Positions 1 to 10,626 of a DNA stretch of 38,225 nucleotides are shown here, one piece after another. How positions within the stretch are numbered: position 1 is the stretch's first letter; every line of letters starts with the position of its first letter. A program made the position numbers and the translations under genes. The notes beneath the pieces are model-generated. The model made no database searches. It saw only the letters and a program-made list of their open reading frames with translations, and had not been told where the DNA came from. The DNA lies in sequence record SRR31156797_1185; one strand, written 5' to 3'.

Positions 1-16
1 GTTTAGTGTTAATGTA

Positions 17-31
17 CAGGCTCACAGCCTG
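17..31. repeat. Palindrome CAGGCT-CAC-AGCCTG, copy 1 (identical copy at 239-253, degenerate copy at 127-141)
   Basis: Exact 15-mer repeated at 17-31 and 239-253; 11/15 match at 127-141. Confidence 0.75.
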
Positions 32-56
32 AAGTTTTTTCAAACATATACTCCAT

Positions 57-88
57 AAAAAAAAGCGGATCATAGGATCCGCTTTTTT
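57..88. terminator. Bidirectional intrinsic terminator
   Basis: AAAAAAGCGGATC-ATAG-GATCCGCTTTTTT perfect stem with A/T tails, downstream of the MCP gene. Confidence 0.85.
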
Positions 89-238
89 ACTTATAAAATC
101 TAATTTTTATACTGTTATTCGCTGATTAGTCTTACAGCCTTAATTTCTTTTTTACATATAGCTAGCTGTAAGTAGCTGACCAACGGGAAGCGTAACGTTT
201 GGGACTTGTTTTAACATTCACAACTTTGTGTCATTGGT

Positions 239-253
239 CAGGCTCACAGCCTG
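239..253. repeat. Palindrome CAGGCT-CAC-AGCCTG, copy abutting the MCP stop codon
   Basis: Identical to 17-31. Confidence 0.75.
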
Positions 254-1939
254 TTATTTAGTTTTAAACTTATCAACTAACAGGTGAAGATCATCCGCCT
301 GCTGCTGAAGGTCAACTACAGTTTTAGTTATCTGGTGTACTGCAGCTGAGCTCTCTTCGATACCCGCTGAGATGACCTGAGCATTATCGTTGATGTTGTT
401 TATCGCTGTTACCTGCTCCTCGATGGAACCTGTAATTATGTCGTTAGTGGTGTGTATCGCCTCAACAGAAGTTACAATCTTTTCGAATATCTCTTCAGTC
501 TCAGAGATTGTTTCCGCACCCTTAATAACCTTATCAGTTGCTTCGCTCATATCTTTGTTAGCGTTATTAGTTTCTGACTGGAGGCTTCCGATAATAGACT
601 CAATTTCCTGAGTGGCTGTCTGTGTGCGCTCTGCTAGTTTTCTAACCTCATCAGCTACAACAGCGAATCCACGTCCGTGCTCACCAGCCCTTGCCGCCTC
701 GATGGCAGCGTTAAGAGCGAGGAGGTTGGTTTGGTCTGCGATATCGTTGATTACATTAATTATATTTCCGATCTCTTCAGAGGATGTAGAGAGGTTAGTA
801 ATAGTTACGCCGAGCTTTTCAACACGCTCTTTTATAGCCATTACCTCATCTACAGAACTGATAAGTTTAGTTTTACCTTCTGAAGTGAGTTGATCTGCGT
901 TTGCGGTCTGCTCGTTCGCTTCCTGAAGAGCCATAAGCACTTCGTTAGAGGAGACACTTATCTCTTCCGTTGCGCCTGCTACAGATGTAATCTGCGCCGC
1001 CTGATCCTGCATTGTTACAGAAAGCTCTTCTGTAGCGCTAGCAAGCTCTGTGCTTCCTGATGCCACCGAGACAGAACCCTCTTTTACAACAGAGATGATA
1101 TCGTTGAGCTTATCTATGAATACATTAAAATGTTTAGACATAGCGCCGACTTCGTCTTTTGACAGAACAGGGAGAGATTTTGTAAGGTCGCCTTCACCCT
1201 CAGAAACTTCTTTGAGGAAGTCATTTGCGAGAATAATACTTTTAGTCATTACCTTAGAAAAGAAGAATGCAGAAACAACGACACCTATTAGTATTACAAG
1301 AGCAATAGTTATCACTGTCATAAAAAGTGCTTTAATTTGTTTATCTAGCTTCTTCTGTGCAATTGCAACAGCTTCCTGAATGTCGTCAATATAAAAGCCT
1401 GTACCTATGGTCCATTGCCATTTATCCAGCCCTATTGCATAGCTTAGTTTTGGTTGTATAGAATTGTTTTTAGAAGCTTTTGGCCAGACGTATTCTACGA
1501 AATCACCGCCTGCCTTTGCCGCTTTTATCAGTTCCTTAAAAAGATAAGTTCCATTTTCATCTTGGAAACCTGACATGTTTTTACCGGTAAGCTCTGGTTT
1601 AACCCTGTGGAAAACTATTCTTGAATTGTAGTCTGTACCAAAGTAGTAGCCATCTGAGCCGTAGTGAAGGTTACTTAAAATCTTAGCAGCTTCAGCCTTA
1701 GCCTCAGCCGTGTCAATCGAAGAGTTGTTGTACACCCCTTCAATAGAAGATTTTGCGATGTCTACATAGTTCTTTAACTCCGCCCGTTTCTGGATCATCA
1801 TCGATTCTTCGATCGACTTAATCTCATGCTGCCCTAGTTTTGTAATCTGGTAGTAGAAAAAACCTGTGAGGATTAATACTGTAGCCAGAAGTGGAATAAC
1901 CGACAAAAGAGTTACTTTTGTCTTAATACCTAAGTTCAT
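254..1939 (-). CDS. Methyl-accepting chemotaxis protein with periplasmic single Cache domain and HAMP
   Basis: Two TM helices flank a Cache-like region (GYYFG...KLSY...WTIGTGFY); MCP signature [38 protein letters not shown]; start moved to ATG 1939 after GGAG. Confidence 0.95.
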   Translation of the reverse strand: MNLGIKTKVTLLSVIPLLATVLILTGFFYYQITKLGQHEIKSIEESMMIQKRAELKNYVDIAKSSIEGVYNNSSIDTAEAKAEAAKILSNLHYGSDGYYFGTDYNSRIVFHRVKPELTGKNMSGFQDENGTYLFKELIKAAKAGGDFVEYVWPKASKNNSIQPKLSYAIGLDKWQWTIGTGFYIDDIQEAVAIAQKKLDKQIKALFMTVITIALVILIGVVVSAFFFSKVMTKSIILANDFLKEVSEGEGDLTKSLPVLSKDEVGAMSKHFNVFIDKLNDIISVVKEGSVSVASGSTELASATEELSVTMQDQAAQITSVAGATEEISVSSNEVLMALQEANEQTANADQLTSEGKTKLISSVDEVMAIKERVEKLGVTITNLSTSSEEIGNIINVINDIADQTNLLALNAAIEAARAGEHGRGFAVVADEVRKLAERTQTATQEIESIIGSLQSETNNANKDMSEATDKVIKGAETISETEEIFEKIVTSVEAIHTTNDIITGSIEEQVTAINNINDNAQVISAGIEESSAAVHQITKTVVDLQQQADDLHLLVDKFKTK

Positions 1940-2189
1940 AACAATCTCCATCAAATAATAAAATTGTGTATTTCCTATGTCTATAAATTATCATGTTTAC
2001 TAAATAAAAAAAAGTTTTTTTATCTGTTAACATTTGAGTCCTGCTATAGTTTAGTAACTAAAATATGTGCAAAGATATTTATTTCAAGTAGTTTCGTATG
2101 ACAATTATTTTAAATTTAAATGATGTCATATCATAGTTTTGGTATAATATAAACATATTATTTACATAAAATTTGCATATTTTGAATAG

Positions 2190-2218
2190 TTGAAAACATT
2201 ATCAATTTGGTCTAGTAT
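2190..2218 (+). promoter_or_regulatory. sigma70-type promoter of gltX-glnS
   Basis: TTGAAA-17 nt-TAGTAT, about 30 nt upstream of the ATG. Confidence 0.5.
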
Positions 2219-2247
2219 TATCATCCGATAACAGTTCAGGAGTAACC

Positions 2248-3699
2248 ATGAGCAATAATAACGTCAGAGTGCGTTTCGCACCGTCACCAACAGGATATCT
2301 GCATGTAGGTGGAGCCAGAACAGCACTTTTTAATTACCTTTTCGCAAAAGCTACCGGAGGGAAGTTCCTCCTTAGAATAGAAGATACCGATAGGACAAGG
2401 TTTCAGGAAGACTCTCTCAGAGAGATATTTGAAAGCCTCCGCTGGATAGGTCTCGATTGGGACGAAGGTCCTGAAAAAGATGGAGGGTTTGGTCCTTACA
2501 TACAGTCTGAAAGGCTTGATAAATATAACGAACATGCTGAAAAGCTTCTTTCAGAAGGGGCAGCATATAAATGTTTCTGTACATCTGAGAGACTTGAACA
2601 GGTGCGTAAAGAGAAGGAAGCCCGCAAAGAACAGCACGGCGGATACGACAGAACTTGCCGTGACCTAACCCCTGAACAGGTTCAGGAGAAAATAGATGCC
2701 GGTATGCCGTATGTAGTGCGCCTTAAGGCTCCACTTGAAGGCTCTATAGCCTTTGAGGACATGGTTAGAGGCGTTATCGAAACTCCGGTTAATATGGTTG
2801 ACGATACTGTCCTTCTTAAAACCGACGGATTTCCTACCTATCACCTCGCTTCTGTTGTGGATGACCACTTCATGGAGATTTCTCACGTAATGCGTGGGGA
2901 CGAGTGGATAGCAAGTACACCTCGGCACGTACTCCTCTATAGAGCTTTCGGATGGGAGGCTCCTGTGTTCGCACACCTTCCGGTTATCCTCTCGCCTACA
3001 GGCGGTAAGCTTTCTAAGCGTAAGGGAGCTGCTTCTGTTATGGACTATAAGAAAGCTGGCTATCTCCCTGAGGCACTTGTTAATTTCCTCTCACTCCTAG
3101 GATGGAACCCGGGTGATGACAGAGAAATTATGCCGATAACTGAGATCATAGAAGCTTTCACAACTAAGAAGATAACTGGTAAACCAGCTGTTTTCGACGA
3201 GCAGAAGCTTGAGTGGATGAACGGTCAGTATATGGAGACCTATCCTGCAGATAAGCTCGCTGAGGAAGTTATCCCGCTCTGGAAGGGGAGGGGGCTTGAT
3301 GTTGATGATGAGGCTTATGCAACTGGTGTTGTTAAGCTTTTACAAGACAGGTGCAAGAAGGTTACGGAGCTGGCTGAGACTGCTGATTACTTCTTTGTTG
3401 ACCCAACAGAATATAATGAAAAACAGGCTAAAAAACAGTTCAAAGAAGCTGTGAAACCTGCACTGGATAAATTAGTTGAAGCACTTCCGGCACTTGGCGG
3501 TTGGCAGAGAGATATGGTTGAGGCTGTGTTTAAGGCTGTAGCGGCAGAGCTTGAGATGTCTCCGGGCAAGATAAACCCGGCGGTTAGACTCGCTGTTACA
3601 GGGGTCGGCGGCGGACCAGACCTTTTTGATATGCTCGCGCACCTCGGTAAAGCCTGCACAGTAAGAAGAATCAAAAAAGCAGCAGAATATATAGGATAA
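2248..3699 (+). CDS. gltX: Glutamate--tRNA ligase
   Basis: [14 protein letters not shown] (HIGH-like), LRIEDTD, KLSKR motifs; SD AGGAG. Confidence 0.97.
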   Translation: MSNNNVRVRFAPSPTGYLHVGGARTALFNYLFAKATGGKFLLRIEDTDRTRFQEDSLREIFESLRWIGLDWDEGPEKDGGFGPYIQSERLDKYNEHAEKLLSEGAAYKCFCTSERLEQVRKEKEARKEQHGGYDRTCRDLTPEQVQEKIDAGMPYVVRLKAPLEGSIAFEDMVRGVIETPVNMVDDTVLLKTDGFPTYHLASVVDDHFMEISHVMRGDEWIASTPRHVLLYRAFGWEAPVFAHLPVILSPTGGKLSKRKGAASVMDYKKAGYLPEALVNFLSLLGWNPGDDREIMPITEIIEAFTTKKITGKPAVFDEQKLEWMNGQYMETYPADKLAEEVIPLWKGRGLDVDDEAYATGVVKLLQDRCKKVTELAETADYFFVDPTEYNEKQAKKQFKEAVKPALDKLVEALPALGGWQRDMVEAVFKAVAAELEMSPGKINPAVRLAVTGVGGGPDLFDMLAHLGKACTVRRIKKAAEYIG

Positions 3700-3703
3700 T
3701 ATA

Positions 3704-5371
3704 ATGGAAGAGAATAAGCCTTCGAACTTTATAAAGAACATAATCAGAAAAGATCTTGAAGAGGGGAAGAATGACGGGCGTATCCACACTCGTTTCCCGC
3801 CTGAACCGAATGGGTATCTTCACATAGGTCACGCAAAATCTATCTGCCTCAATTTCGGTTTGGCAGAGGAATTTGGTGGAAAGTGCAATCTTAGATTTGA
3901 CGATACTAACCCTCTGAAAGAGGACACAGAATATGTTAACTCCATTAAGGAAGACGTAAAATGGCTCGGCTTCGACTGGGGCGAGACAGAATTTTACGCT
4001 TCTGATTATTTTGATAAATTCTACGCATTCGCAGTGAAATTAGTAACTAATGGAAAGGCTTACGTTGATAGCCTTAAACCGGAAGAGATAAAAGAATACC
4101 GTGGTAATCTGAAAGAGCCGGGTAAAGAGAGTCCGTACAGAACAAGAACTCCTGAAGAGAATCTGGAGCTTCTTGAGAAGATGAAGAGTGGCGAGTTTCA
4201 AGAGGGTGAGTGTGTTCTACGTGCGAAGATTGATATGTCATCGCCAAATATGAACATGCGTGATCCGATCATATATCGCATCGCTCATACAGCTCACCAC
4301 AGAACTGGCGACAAGTGGTGTATATACCCTATGTACGACTTCGCCCACGGGCTAGAAGACTCAATAGAAGGGGTAACTCACTCAGTCTGTACTCTTGAGT
4401 TCGAAGATCACAGACCGCTCTACGACTGGTTTTTAGAGCAATTAGATGTTTTTCACCCACAGCAGATAGAGTTCGCTAGGCTGAACCTAACATATATGAT
4501 GATGAGTAAGCGTAACCTTCTCACACTTGTTAACGAAGGGTATGTTACAGGTTGGGACGACCCTAGGATGCCTACTATTGCTGGTCTTCGCAGAAGGGGT
4601 TTTACAGCGGCATCGATCAGAAATTTCTCTGAAATGATAGGTGTTTCCAAAGCTAACTCTGTTGTTGACTATGCACAGCTGGAGTTTTGTGTAAGGGAGG
4701 ACCTGAACAAGATCGCCCAGCGTGTTATGGTTGTTACTGACCCGCTCAAAGTGGTTATAACTAACTATCCGGAAGGCGAGACAGAGATGCTCACCGCAGA
4801 GAATAATCCTGAAAATGAAGCTGATGGTACGAGAGAAATACCTTTCTCAAGAGAGATATACATAGAAAGAGACGATTTTATGGAAAACCCACCGAAGAAG
4901 TATTTCAGACTTTCACCGGGGAAAGAGATGCGCCTCAAACATGCTTACTACATCACATGTGACGAGGTCATTAAAGATGACAGCGGTGAAGTTGTAGAGC
5001 TCAGATGTACATACGACCCTGCAAGCCGTGGTGGCTGGACAGATGATGGGCGCCGTGTGAAAGGTACTGCTCACTGGGTTGACGCTTCAAATCATGTTGA
5101 GGCGGAAGTACGCATGTATGATCACCTCTTCACAATTCCCAACCCGTCAAGGCGCAAGAAGGGCGAGGTCTTCACTGACAATATTAACCCTGATTCGCTT
5201 AAAACTGTTAAAGCGCTTGCTGAGCCGTCACTTGGTAATGTTGAAGCTGGTCAGAGCTATCAGTTTCTTCGTATTGGATATTTTACGAGTGATAAAGACT
5301 CAGTTTCCGGTAAGCCTGTTCTTAATAAAACTGTAGGCTTGAAAGATACCTGGGCGAAAATGAATAAATAA
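3704..5371 (+). CDS. glnS: Glutamine--tRNA ligase
   Basis: [41 protein letters not shown] motifs; C-terminal beta-barrel region ending TVGLKDTW. Confidence 0.96.
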   Translation: MEENKPSNFIKNIIRKDLEEGKNDGRIHTRFPPEPNGYLHIGHAKSICLNFGLAEEFGGKCNLRFDDTNPLKEDTEYVNSIKEDVKWLGFDWGETEFYASDYFDKFYAFAVKLVTNGKAYVDSLKPEEIKEYRGNLKEPGKESPYRTRTPEENLELLEKMKSGEFQEGECVLRAKIDMSSPNMNMRDPIIYRIAHTAHHRTGDKWCIYPMYDFAHGLEDSIEGVTHSVCTLEFEDHRPLYDWFLEQLDVFHPQQIEFARLNLTYMMMSKRNLLTLVNEGYVTGWDDPRMPTIAGLRRRGFTAASIRNFSEMIGVSKANSVVDYAQLEFCVREDLNKIAQRVMVVTDPLKVVITNYPEGETEMLTAENNPENEADGTREIPFSREIYIERDDFMENPPKKYFRLSPGKEMRLKHAYYITCDEVIKDDSGEVVELRCTYDPASRGGWTDDGRRVKGTAHWVDASNHVEAEVRMYDHLFTIPNPSRRKKGEVFTDNINPDSLKTVKALAEPSLGNVEAGQSYQFLRIGYFTSDKDSVSGKPVLNKTVGLKDTWAKMNK

Positions 5372-5413
5372 TATTAAGGGGCGGTATTTTTTTATAACAT
5401 ATGCACAAAATAT

Positions 5414-5494
5414 GTCATTCTGAACAAAGTTAAAAATCTGATACGACTAGGTACTCTACGGGTTAAGATCCTTTAGATAAAGCTTTAGTATGAC
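5414..5494. repeat. Degenerate REP/MITE-like palindromic element (GTCATTCTGA...AATCT...AGATCCTT...TAGTATGAC)
   Basis: Imperfect terminal inverted repeats; same layout as 16180-16264. Confidence 0.55.
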
Positions 5495-5504
5495 TTGAAA
5501 ATAT

Positions 5505-5801
5505 TTATAAGATATGCCTGAAAAGGTTGATCGCTAAGATACCTGCACCAAGGCAGATAATAAGGTTCAGTTTACGCAAACCGAGAGCTACTACAACAGC
5601 AGAGGCTAGCCATTCAGGCAGGCTTCCATCTATTATCGTCGGCACAACAATCGAAATGATGATCGCCATAGGTGCGCACGACAGAGCCGCTTTAAAGCGT
5701 GGTGTCATGGTTAATCTACTTGCGATGAAATAACCTGATGCACGAGTGATATAAGTCGCAATACACATTCCCAGAATAGTGAGAAAGCTAGTTACGGTCA
5801 T
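5505..5801 (-). CDS. azlD: AzlD-family branched-chain amino acid exporter small subunit
   Basis: Small hydrophobic protein with TYITR motif; overlaps azlC end; start set at ATG 5801. Confidence 0.8.
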   Translation of the reverse strand: MTVTSFLTILGMCIATYITRASGYFIASRLTMTPRFKAALSCAPMAIIISIVVPTIIDGSLPEWLASAVVVALGLRKLNLIICLGAGILAINLFRHIL

Positions 5802-6465
5802 AATATAACCACCCTGCGATACTGCCCGCAAATCCACCTGCGAGTATGTACCACTTTCCGTCTACTAATTTATATGTAAGTGCCGCAAATATGACTGCCG
5901 CAAAGATTACAGGAATATCCTTTCTACCTCTGAAACCGCCGGCACCGATTGTTATGAAAACCGCCGTCACAGCGAAGTCGATCCCAAGTGCCTCTGGTGA
6001 AGGGATCAGAGCACCCATAGTACGCCCGATCATCGCAGAGCAAATCCAGAAAACATAATTAATTACGCCGGTTCCAAGCAGGAAGCCGAGCCGTTCACGC
6101 CCCTTGGCAAATTCGCCCATTGAGAGTGCCCAGCCTTCATCCACAACAAAAAACATACTGAAGTATGCGAACCATTTGTTCTCTTTCATTGTGTAAGGAT
6201 AAACAGATGCAGACATGAGCATATGTCGTAAGTTTATAATAAATGTAGATAAAATGAGCATGAATATCGGAAGAGGATGCGTCCACATCTCAAGGGCTAA
6301 TATCTGGGATACCCCCGCATAAACCATCAGGCAGGAGAGTATTGTTTCCGGTGTGGTGAGAACATTCTGAGTGAGTATGCCGTAAACAACGCCGTAAGTT
6401 CCCACGCCTAAAGCTAGCGGGATACCCATAACGACACCGTTCCTGAATGATTGCAAGTTTGTCAT
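5788..6465 (-). CDS. azlC: AzlC-family amino acid exporter permease
   Basis: YAGVSQ, INLRH and VDE motifs; multi-TM. Confidence 0.9.
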   Translation of the reverse strand: MTNLQSFRNGVVMGIPLALGVGTYGVVYGILTQNVLTTPETILSCLMVYAGVSQILALEMWTHPLPIFMLILSTFIINLRHMLMSASVYPYTMKENKWFAYFSMFFVVDEGWALSMGEFAKGRERLGFLLGTGVINYVFWICSAMIGRTMGALIPSPEALGIDFAVTAVFITIGAGGFRGRKDIPVIFAAVIFAALTYKLVDGKWYILAGGFAGSIAGWLYYDRN

Positions 6466-6511
6466 GTTGCTAAGTTATACCAGAAGTGGAGAGAAGTATT
6501 GAATAAAATTG

Positions 6512-7312
6512 CTAAAACTTAATTAATCTTCCGGGTGGCGTTCCGTAAACCTTTTTATACGCCCTTGTGAAGTGCGCCTGATCGGAGAAGCCACATTCGA
6601 CTGAAATATCTGATATATTTAAGGAAGTGGTGAGCATTTTCATACGTGCACGTTCAACTCTTAGCGCATTAAGATAAGCGTGAGGCGTCATCCCTGCTGC
6701 ATCCTTGAATGTGCGTAGAAAATGAAATTTACTCATATTAGCAGTATCAGCAAGCTTGTCGAGGGTGTGCTTAACTGCTGGTTCTTCATTCATAAGCTCT
6801 ATAGTTTTCTTTATCCCGGATGTATTTGAGTATATTTTTTGAAAATTACCCTCTCTCTCTTTTGAAAAGACAAGCCCCAGCATATTCTGGAAGTGTTGCT
6901 CCTTTTCCATCTCATTGTCAGAGTTGGCGATATCATTATAGGTGCTCTGCATTTCTGTTCGGTATTGCAGATCATCTTTTATGGTTTTGCTGAAGATAAG
7001 TTCTTTTGCTTTTAGCTCATTTTCATCTATAAATTTGTCAGCTGATTTTTTATCGAAAAGTATAACTGCCTGATTCCAACCATCTTTTGTGACACTGTCG
7101 CCGTAATGTATTTCTCCGGGATTCATCGTCGCAAGGTTAGATTCGTCGAGTATTCCGTTTTCATACTTAGTGCTGAAATTCTTAGCGCCGTTTGAGAGCA
7201 TAGCTATAGAGTAGGTTTCGTGGTAGTGCTTCGGGAAGAAGTGATAGCGCTGGTCAGTAAGCAGCAGATGAGAGTTGTTACCATCCAGAGCGAGAGTTTT
7301 TACCTGTGTCAA
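6512..7312 (-). CDS. AraC-family transcriptional regulator
   Basis: N-terminal cupin (FPKHYHETY); C-terminal HTH (SKFHFLRTFK...GFSDQAHFTR); TTG start overlaps the upstream TGA. Confidence 0.92.
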   Translation of the reverse strand: MTQVKTLALDGNNSHLLLTDQRYHFFPKHYHETYSIAMLSNGAKNFSTKYENGILDESNLATMNPGEIHYGDSVTKDGWNQAVILFDKKSADKFIDENELKAKELIFSKTIKDDLQYRTEMQSTYNDIANSDNEMEKEQHFQNMLGLVFSKEREGNFQKIYSNTSGIKKTIELMNEEPAVKHTLDKLADTANMSKFHFLRTFKDAAGMTPHAYLNALRVERARMKMLTTSLNISDISVECGFSDQAHFTRAYKKVYGTPPGRLIKF

Positions 7313-7938
7313 GCTGTCCTCTTACTAAGTGCTAATGCAACTCCAAGCCCCATCAGGACTGTTCCTGCGAGCTTATTGAGCAGACCCGAGCTATTGTTTT
7401 TCTTCTTAAGCATCTCCCCTATCTGACCGGAAAAAAGAGCACAGGCGGAGAAAACTAAGAACGTACATATGATAAATTCAAAACCTAAAAGCGCCATCTG
7501 CATAGATTCGTTTCCATTCTCAGAACGTATGAACTGAGGAAATAGTGCTATGAAGAATATCGCCACCTTCGGGTTTAGGATGTTAGCTGTGACCGATTGT
7601 ATGAAAACTGTCTTTGGTGTGATGAGTTTATCGTCTTTTGATGCGCTCGCCGCACCACTTCTGAATATCTTCACACCTATGTATATGAGATAGATTGCAC
7701 CCGCTATCTTGATAGCTGTGAAGGCGATTGCAGATGCTTTTATTATAGCTGAAACGCCTATTATTGCAAAAGCTGTATGGGCAATATTACCGAGTGAAAA
7801 GCCTGCCGCTGCTGCCATTGCGGATGATCGCCCCTGAGTTATGCCACGTGTGATAACGTAAATCACGTCAGGTCCCGGTGTTGCAGCTAAAAGTATTGCA
7901 GTGGTTGCAAACAGTATTATCTGGTCAGTTTGAAGCAT
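7309..7938 (-). CDS. LysE/RhtB-family amino acid exporter
   Basis: TPGPD and NILNPK motifs; about 6 TM. Confidence 0.93.
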   Translation of the reverse strand: MLQTDQIILFATTAILLAATPGPDVIYVITRGITQGRSSAMAAAAGFSLGNIAHTAFAIIGVSAIIKASAIAFTAIKIAGAIYLIYIGVKIFRSGAASASKDDKLITPKTVFIQSVTANILNPKVAIFFIALFPQFIRSENGNESMQMALLGFEFIICTFLVFSACALFSGQIGEMLKKKNNSSGLLNKLAGTVLMGLGVALALSKRTA

Positions 7939-7940
7939 TA

Positions 7941-8966
7941 TTACTCCGGCTGTGCGAGGACAGCGTGTGTTTTATTAAAATAGTTAGAGTCAGCTTTGAG
8001 CGGGGCATAATCAGCCTCTCTGAAAAGTTCAGCACAATCACCGACAGACATGCCTCTCCCTTCTTCTGTTTTCTCTTTTGTGTCACGTGGGTTACCGCCA
8101 CTTTCAGCCCAAAAGAGGTTTGCACCAGCATATGCACCTATGACGTTCGGCTCATGTGTACAGTTACCTTTGACACTTCTAGGTGTTGCCAGTCTTGTGA
8201 CAGCGACAATCTGAGCTATGCGAAGCTCAGAGATCATTCCGTGTTTTTCAAGGTCTGAGCCAGGGATAGTTATTCTGCGCATTGCACCGCTGAAAGCAGG
8301 ATCGAATGATGCAGCAAGGAGAATATGATCAGCTATCTGCTCATTTGTGTGCTCAGGACCGATAGGCTCTACACAGGTGCCGACAATGAGTCCTTCGTCC
8401 TGAAATGTTCGTATGCTTTTAAGTCTTTGATTAATAGAAACTTTTGTAGATGTCCCTTCTCCCATTCTGATTGCGTGGTAAACACCGTGAAAGCCAACAT
8501 CTTTCATCTGCTGGACACGTTTTTGGGACATGTCGCCGACATTAGCGACCATATATGTATTTGGTTTTAAAGATTTTTTAACTTCGGATGCGATCTCCAT
8601 AAATTTACCGAAATCGTAGTTTGCAGTAGTCATAAGGAAGACAGAAGTGTTCTCAGGTGTTTCATCAAACTTAACAGCATAATCGACAGCTTGCTCTACA
8701 GTGAGCTCTATAGGGTCTTTAAAAATGTCGTATTGAGAAGCAAATGAGCAAAACTCACAGTCTACAGGGCATGGTGCGAGGTTAAGTGCGAATTGACCGT
8801 GAACCTCAGAGTTGTTATCACAAAGCTCTCTTGAGAGTTTACCAGCTTCACCCATAATGAGTGCTGTTTCTGTTGATGCGGTAGGGTAGGATAGCATTTG
8901 AACCACTTCCTCTTTAGTGAACTGGTCTCCTGATCTCACCTTGTTGAAAATATCGTGTACGTCCAC
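7941..8966 (-). CDS. Radical SAM protein related to biotin synthase (BioB/PylB/HydE-like fold), function unknown
   Basis: CPVDCEFC motif; AVTRL...AGAN C-terminal region like BATS-domain enzymes; GTG start at 8966 after GGAGG. Confidence 0.85.
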   Translation of the reverse strand: MDVHDIFNKVRSGDQFTKEEVVQMLSYPTASTETALIMGEAGKLSRELCDNNSEVHGQFALNLAPCPVDCEFCSFASQYDIFKDPIELTVEQAVDYAVKFDETPENTSVFLMTTANYDFGKFMEIASEVKKSLKPNTYMVANVGDMSQKRVQQMKDVGFHGVYHAIRMGEGTSTKVSINQRLKSIRTFQDEGLIVGTCVEPIGPEHTNEQIADHILLAASFDPAFSGAMRRITIPGSDLEKHGMISELRIAQIVAVTRLATPRSVKGNCTHEPNVIGAYAGANLFWAESGGNPRDTKEKTEEGRGMSVGDCAELFREADYAPLKADSNYFNKTHAVLAQPE

Positions 8967-9001
8967 TAAACCCTCCAATAATTAATAATATTTATTACGC
9001 A

Positions 9002-9883
9002 TTATAAGAGAGTAGGCTTTTTAGTCAAGGCTTTGGTGAGCAGGTCTAGTGAATCTGATGCGAGGCTCCATCTGTGCCAGTAAAGGGGTGCTTCAACTGT
9101 GAATGGTGCAAAAGCGTCAACTAATACACCTGCCTCGACGTATTCCCTGCATTGAATATCCGGCATCATGCCAAGCCCCATACCAAGACGCACAGAATCA
9201 AGATATTTCTGAACATCAGGAACCTGCATAGAAGGATATGAAACTGGTTGTTTTTTTAATGCAACATCAAACATTTGGGTGTGAAGAGTGTCTTTGTTGT
9301 TATATATGATCACAGGTACATGTGAGAGTGTATATTCGTCCCAGCCATTTCTAAAATATTTATCGTAAACCTCTGGGGAGCTGAACATTCTGTATTTCAT
9401 AGTACCGATATAGTCACACGTGCAGGATTGAAAAGGAGAATTTCTTGTACTTATACATGCAGAGACCTCACCATCTTTGAGCATCCTGTGCGTCTCCTCC
9501 TGATCGTCAACATATAAGTTCATCAGTATGTTATGCCTTTTGACGGTAGCTGTTACCGCCTCAAGGAACCATGTTGAAAGGCTATCTGCATTAAGGGCTA
9601 TAGACACAGAAGCGAAGGATGATTGTTTCTCATCTGAGAGGCTGTTATCAAGCTCACTCTCAAGAAGCTGTACTTTTTTAAAATGAGCGAGAAGCTCTTT
9701 GCCAGCCTCAGTAGGGGTAGGGGGCGAAGACCTGACCAGCAATATCTGTCCGAAAGCTTCTTCGAGCTGGCGAATCCTTTGCGATACCGCAGACTGTGTA
9801 AGGTATAAAGCTTTAGACGCCTTATCAAAACCTTTATGCTCTATGACGGCAGTGAACGCCTCTAATAGTTTATAATCATACAT
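9002..9883 (-). CDS. argP: LysR-family regulator, ArgP/LysG type
   Basis: DYKLLEA...LTQSAVSQRI HTH; ALNADSL and LYWH motifs; divergent from a lysE/argO gene. Confidence 0.88.
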   Translation of the reverse strand: MYDYKLLEAFTAVIEHKGFDKASKALYLTQSAVSQRIRQLEEAFGQILLVRSSPPTPTEAGKELLAHFKKVQLLESELDNSLSDEKQSSFASVSIALNADSLSTWFLEAVTATVKRHNILMNLYVDDQEETHRMLKDGEVSACISTRNSPFQSCTCDYIGTMKYRMFSSPEVYDKYFRNGWDEYTLSHVPVIIYNNKDTLHTQMFDVALKKQPVSYPSMQVPDVQKYLDSVRLGMGLGMMPDIQCREYVEAGVLVDAFAPFTVEAPLYWHRWSLASDSLDLLTKALTKKPTLL

Positions 9884-9890
9884 AAGTGAT

Positions 9891-9925
9891 ATTAGCAAAA
9901 TTAATATAATATTAAAACAATTAAT
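9891..9925. promoter_or_regulatory. Tandem LysR-type boxes (ATTA-N7-TAAT twice) between argP and lysE/argO
   Basis: ATTAGCAAAATTAAT 9891-9905 and ATTAAAACAATTAAT 9911-9925; each contains T-N11-A. Confidence 0.6.
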
Positions 9926-9986
9926 TTTACTTTCATGTGGTTTAAGGCTATTGTTTCCTCAGAGTAGTAACAACACCGGAGAGAAT

Positions 9987-10589
9987 ATGTACCACACAGC
10001 ATTTTTAACAGGGATGGGAACCAGCGCAGGGCTTATCATTGCGATAGGTGCGCAGAACGCTTATCTCCTGACACAATCCGTTAGAAGGAACCATCATCTT
10101 ACAATTGCACTTATTTGTGCATTTTTTGATGTTGTTCTAATATCTATGGGTGTTGCTGGGGTTGGTACATTTCTCAACGGAAGCCCGCTGCTTATGAAGA
10201 TCGCTGCATGGGGAGGCGCATCATTCCTTTTCTTTTACGGGCTGATGTCTTTCCGTTCGATGTTTAGTAAAAACAGTATGAACCTTTTGGACAAATCTGA
10301 TGACAGCATGAAAAAAGTAGTGGTGACAACCCTCGCTGTGACGCTCCTTAATCCGCATGTTTACATCGATACAGTAATACTTATGGGTGGAATTTCAGCT
10401 CAGTATGAATCAGTTAACAGGCTGATGTTCGGCATAGGTGCATGCATCGCATCAGTGTTATGGTTTGCGATTTTAGCTTTTGCCGGAACAAAGCTCAGGT
10501 CATTCTTTTCTCGCCCGATAACATGGAAGTTTCTCGACGGCGCAATGGGAACAATTATGTGGGGGATAGGTTTTTCATTAGTTATCTAG
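9987..10589 (+). CDS. argO: LysE/ArgO lysine/arginine exporter
   Basis: IIAIGAQNA and TLLNPHVYIDT signatures; ATG 9987 after GGAGA. Confidence 0.88.
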   Translation: MYHTAFLTGMGTSAGLIIAIGAQNAYLLTQSVRRNHHLTIALICAFFDVVLISMGVAGVGTFLNGSPLLMKIAAWGGASFLFFYGLMSFRSMFSKNSMNLLDKSDDSMKKVVVTTLAVTLLNPHVYIDTVILMGGISAQYESVNRLMFGIGACIASVLWFAILAFAGTKLRSFFSRPITWKFLDGAMGTIMWGIGFSLVI

Positions 10590-10626
10590 TCTTTTAAAGT
10601 TTGTGTGATGTGGTATATTCATATCT

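Noticed and set aside
178-190. 13-mer TGACCAACGGGAA also present in reverse at 34869-34881
   Set aside because: A single 13-bp match is expected by chance in 38 kb; flanks do not align
2190-2205. Fur-box-like sequences here and near 13027-13043
   Set aside because: Spacing is off by one from the 7-1-7 consensus in AT-rich DNA
7941-8966. Calling the radical SAM gene bioB, pylB or hydE
   Set aside because: BioB YNHN motif is absent and no partner genes are nearby
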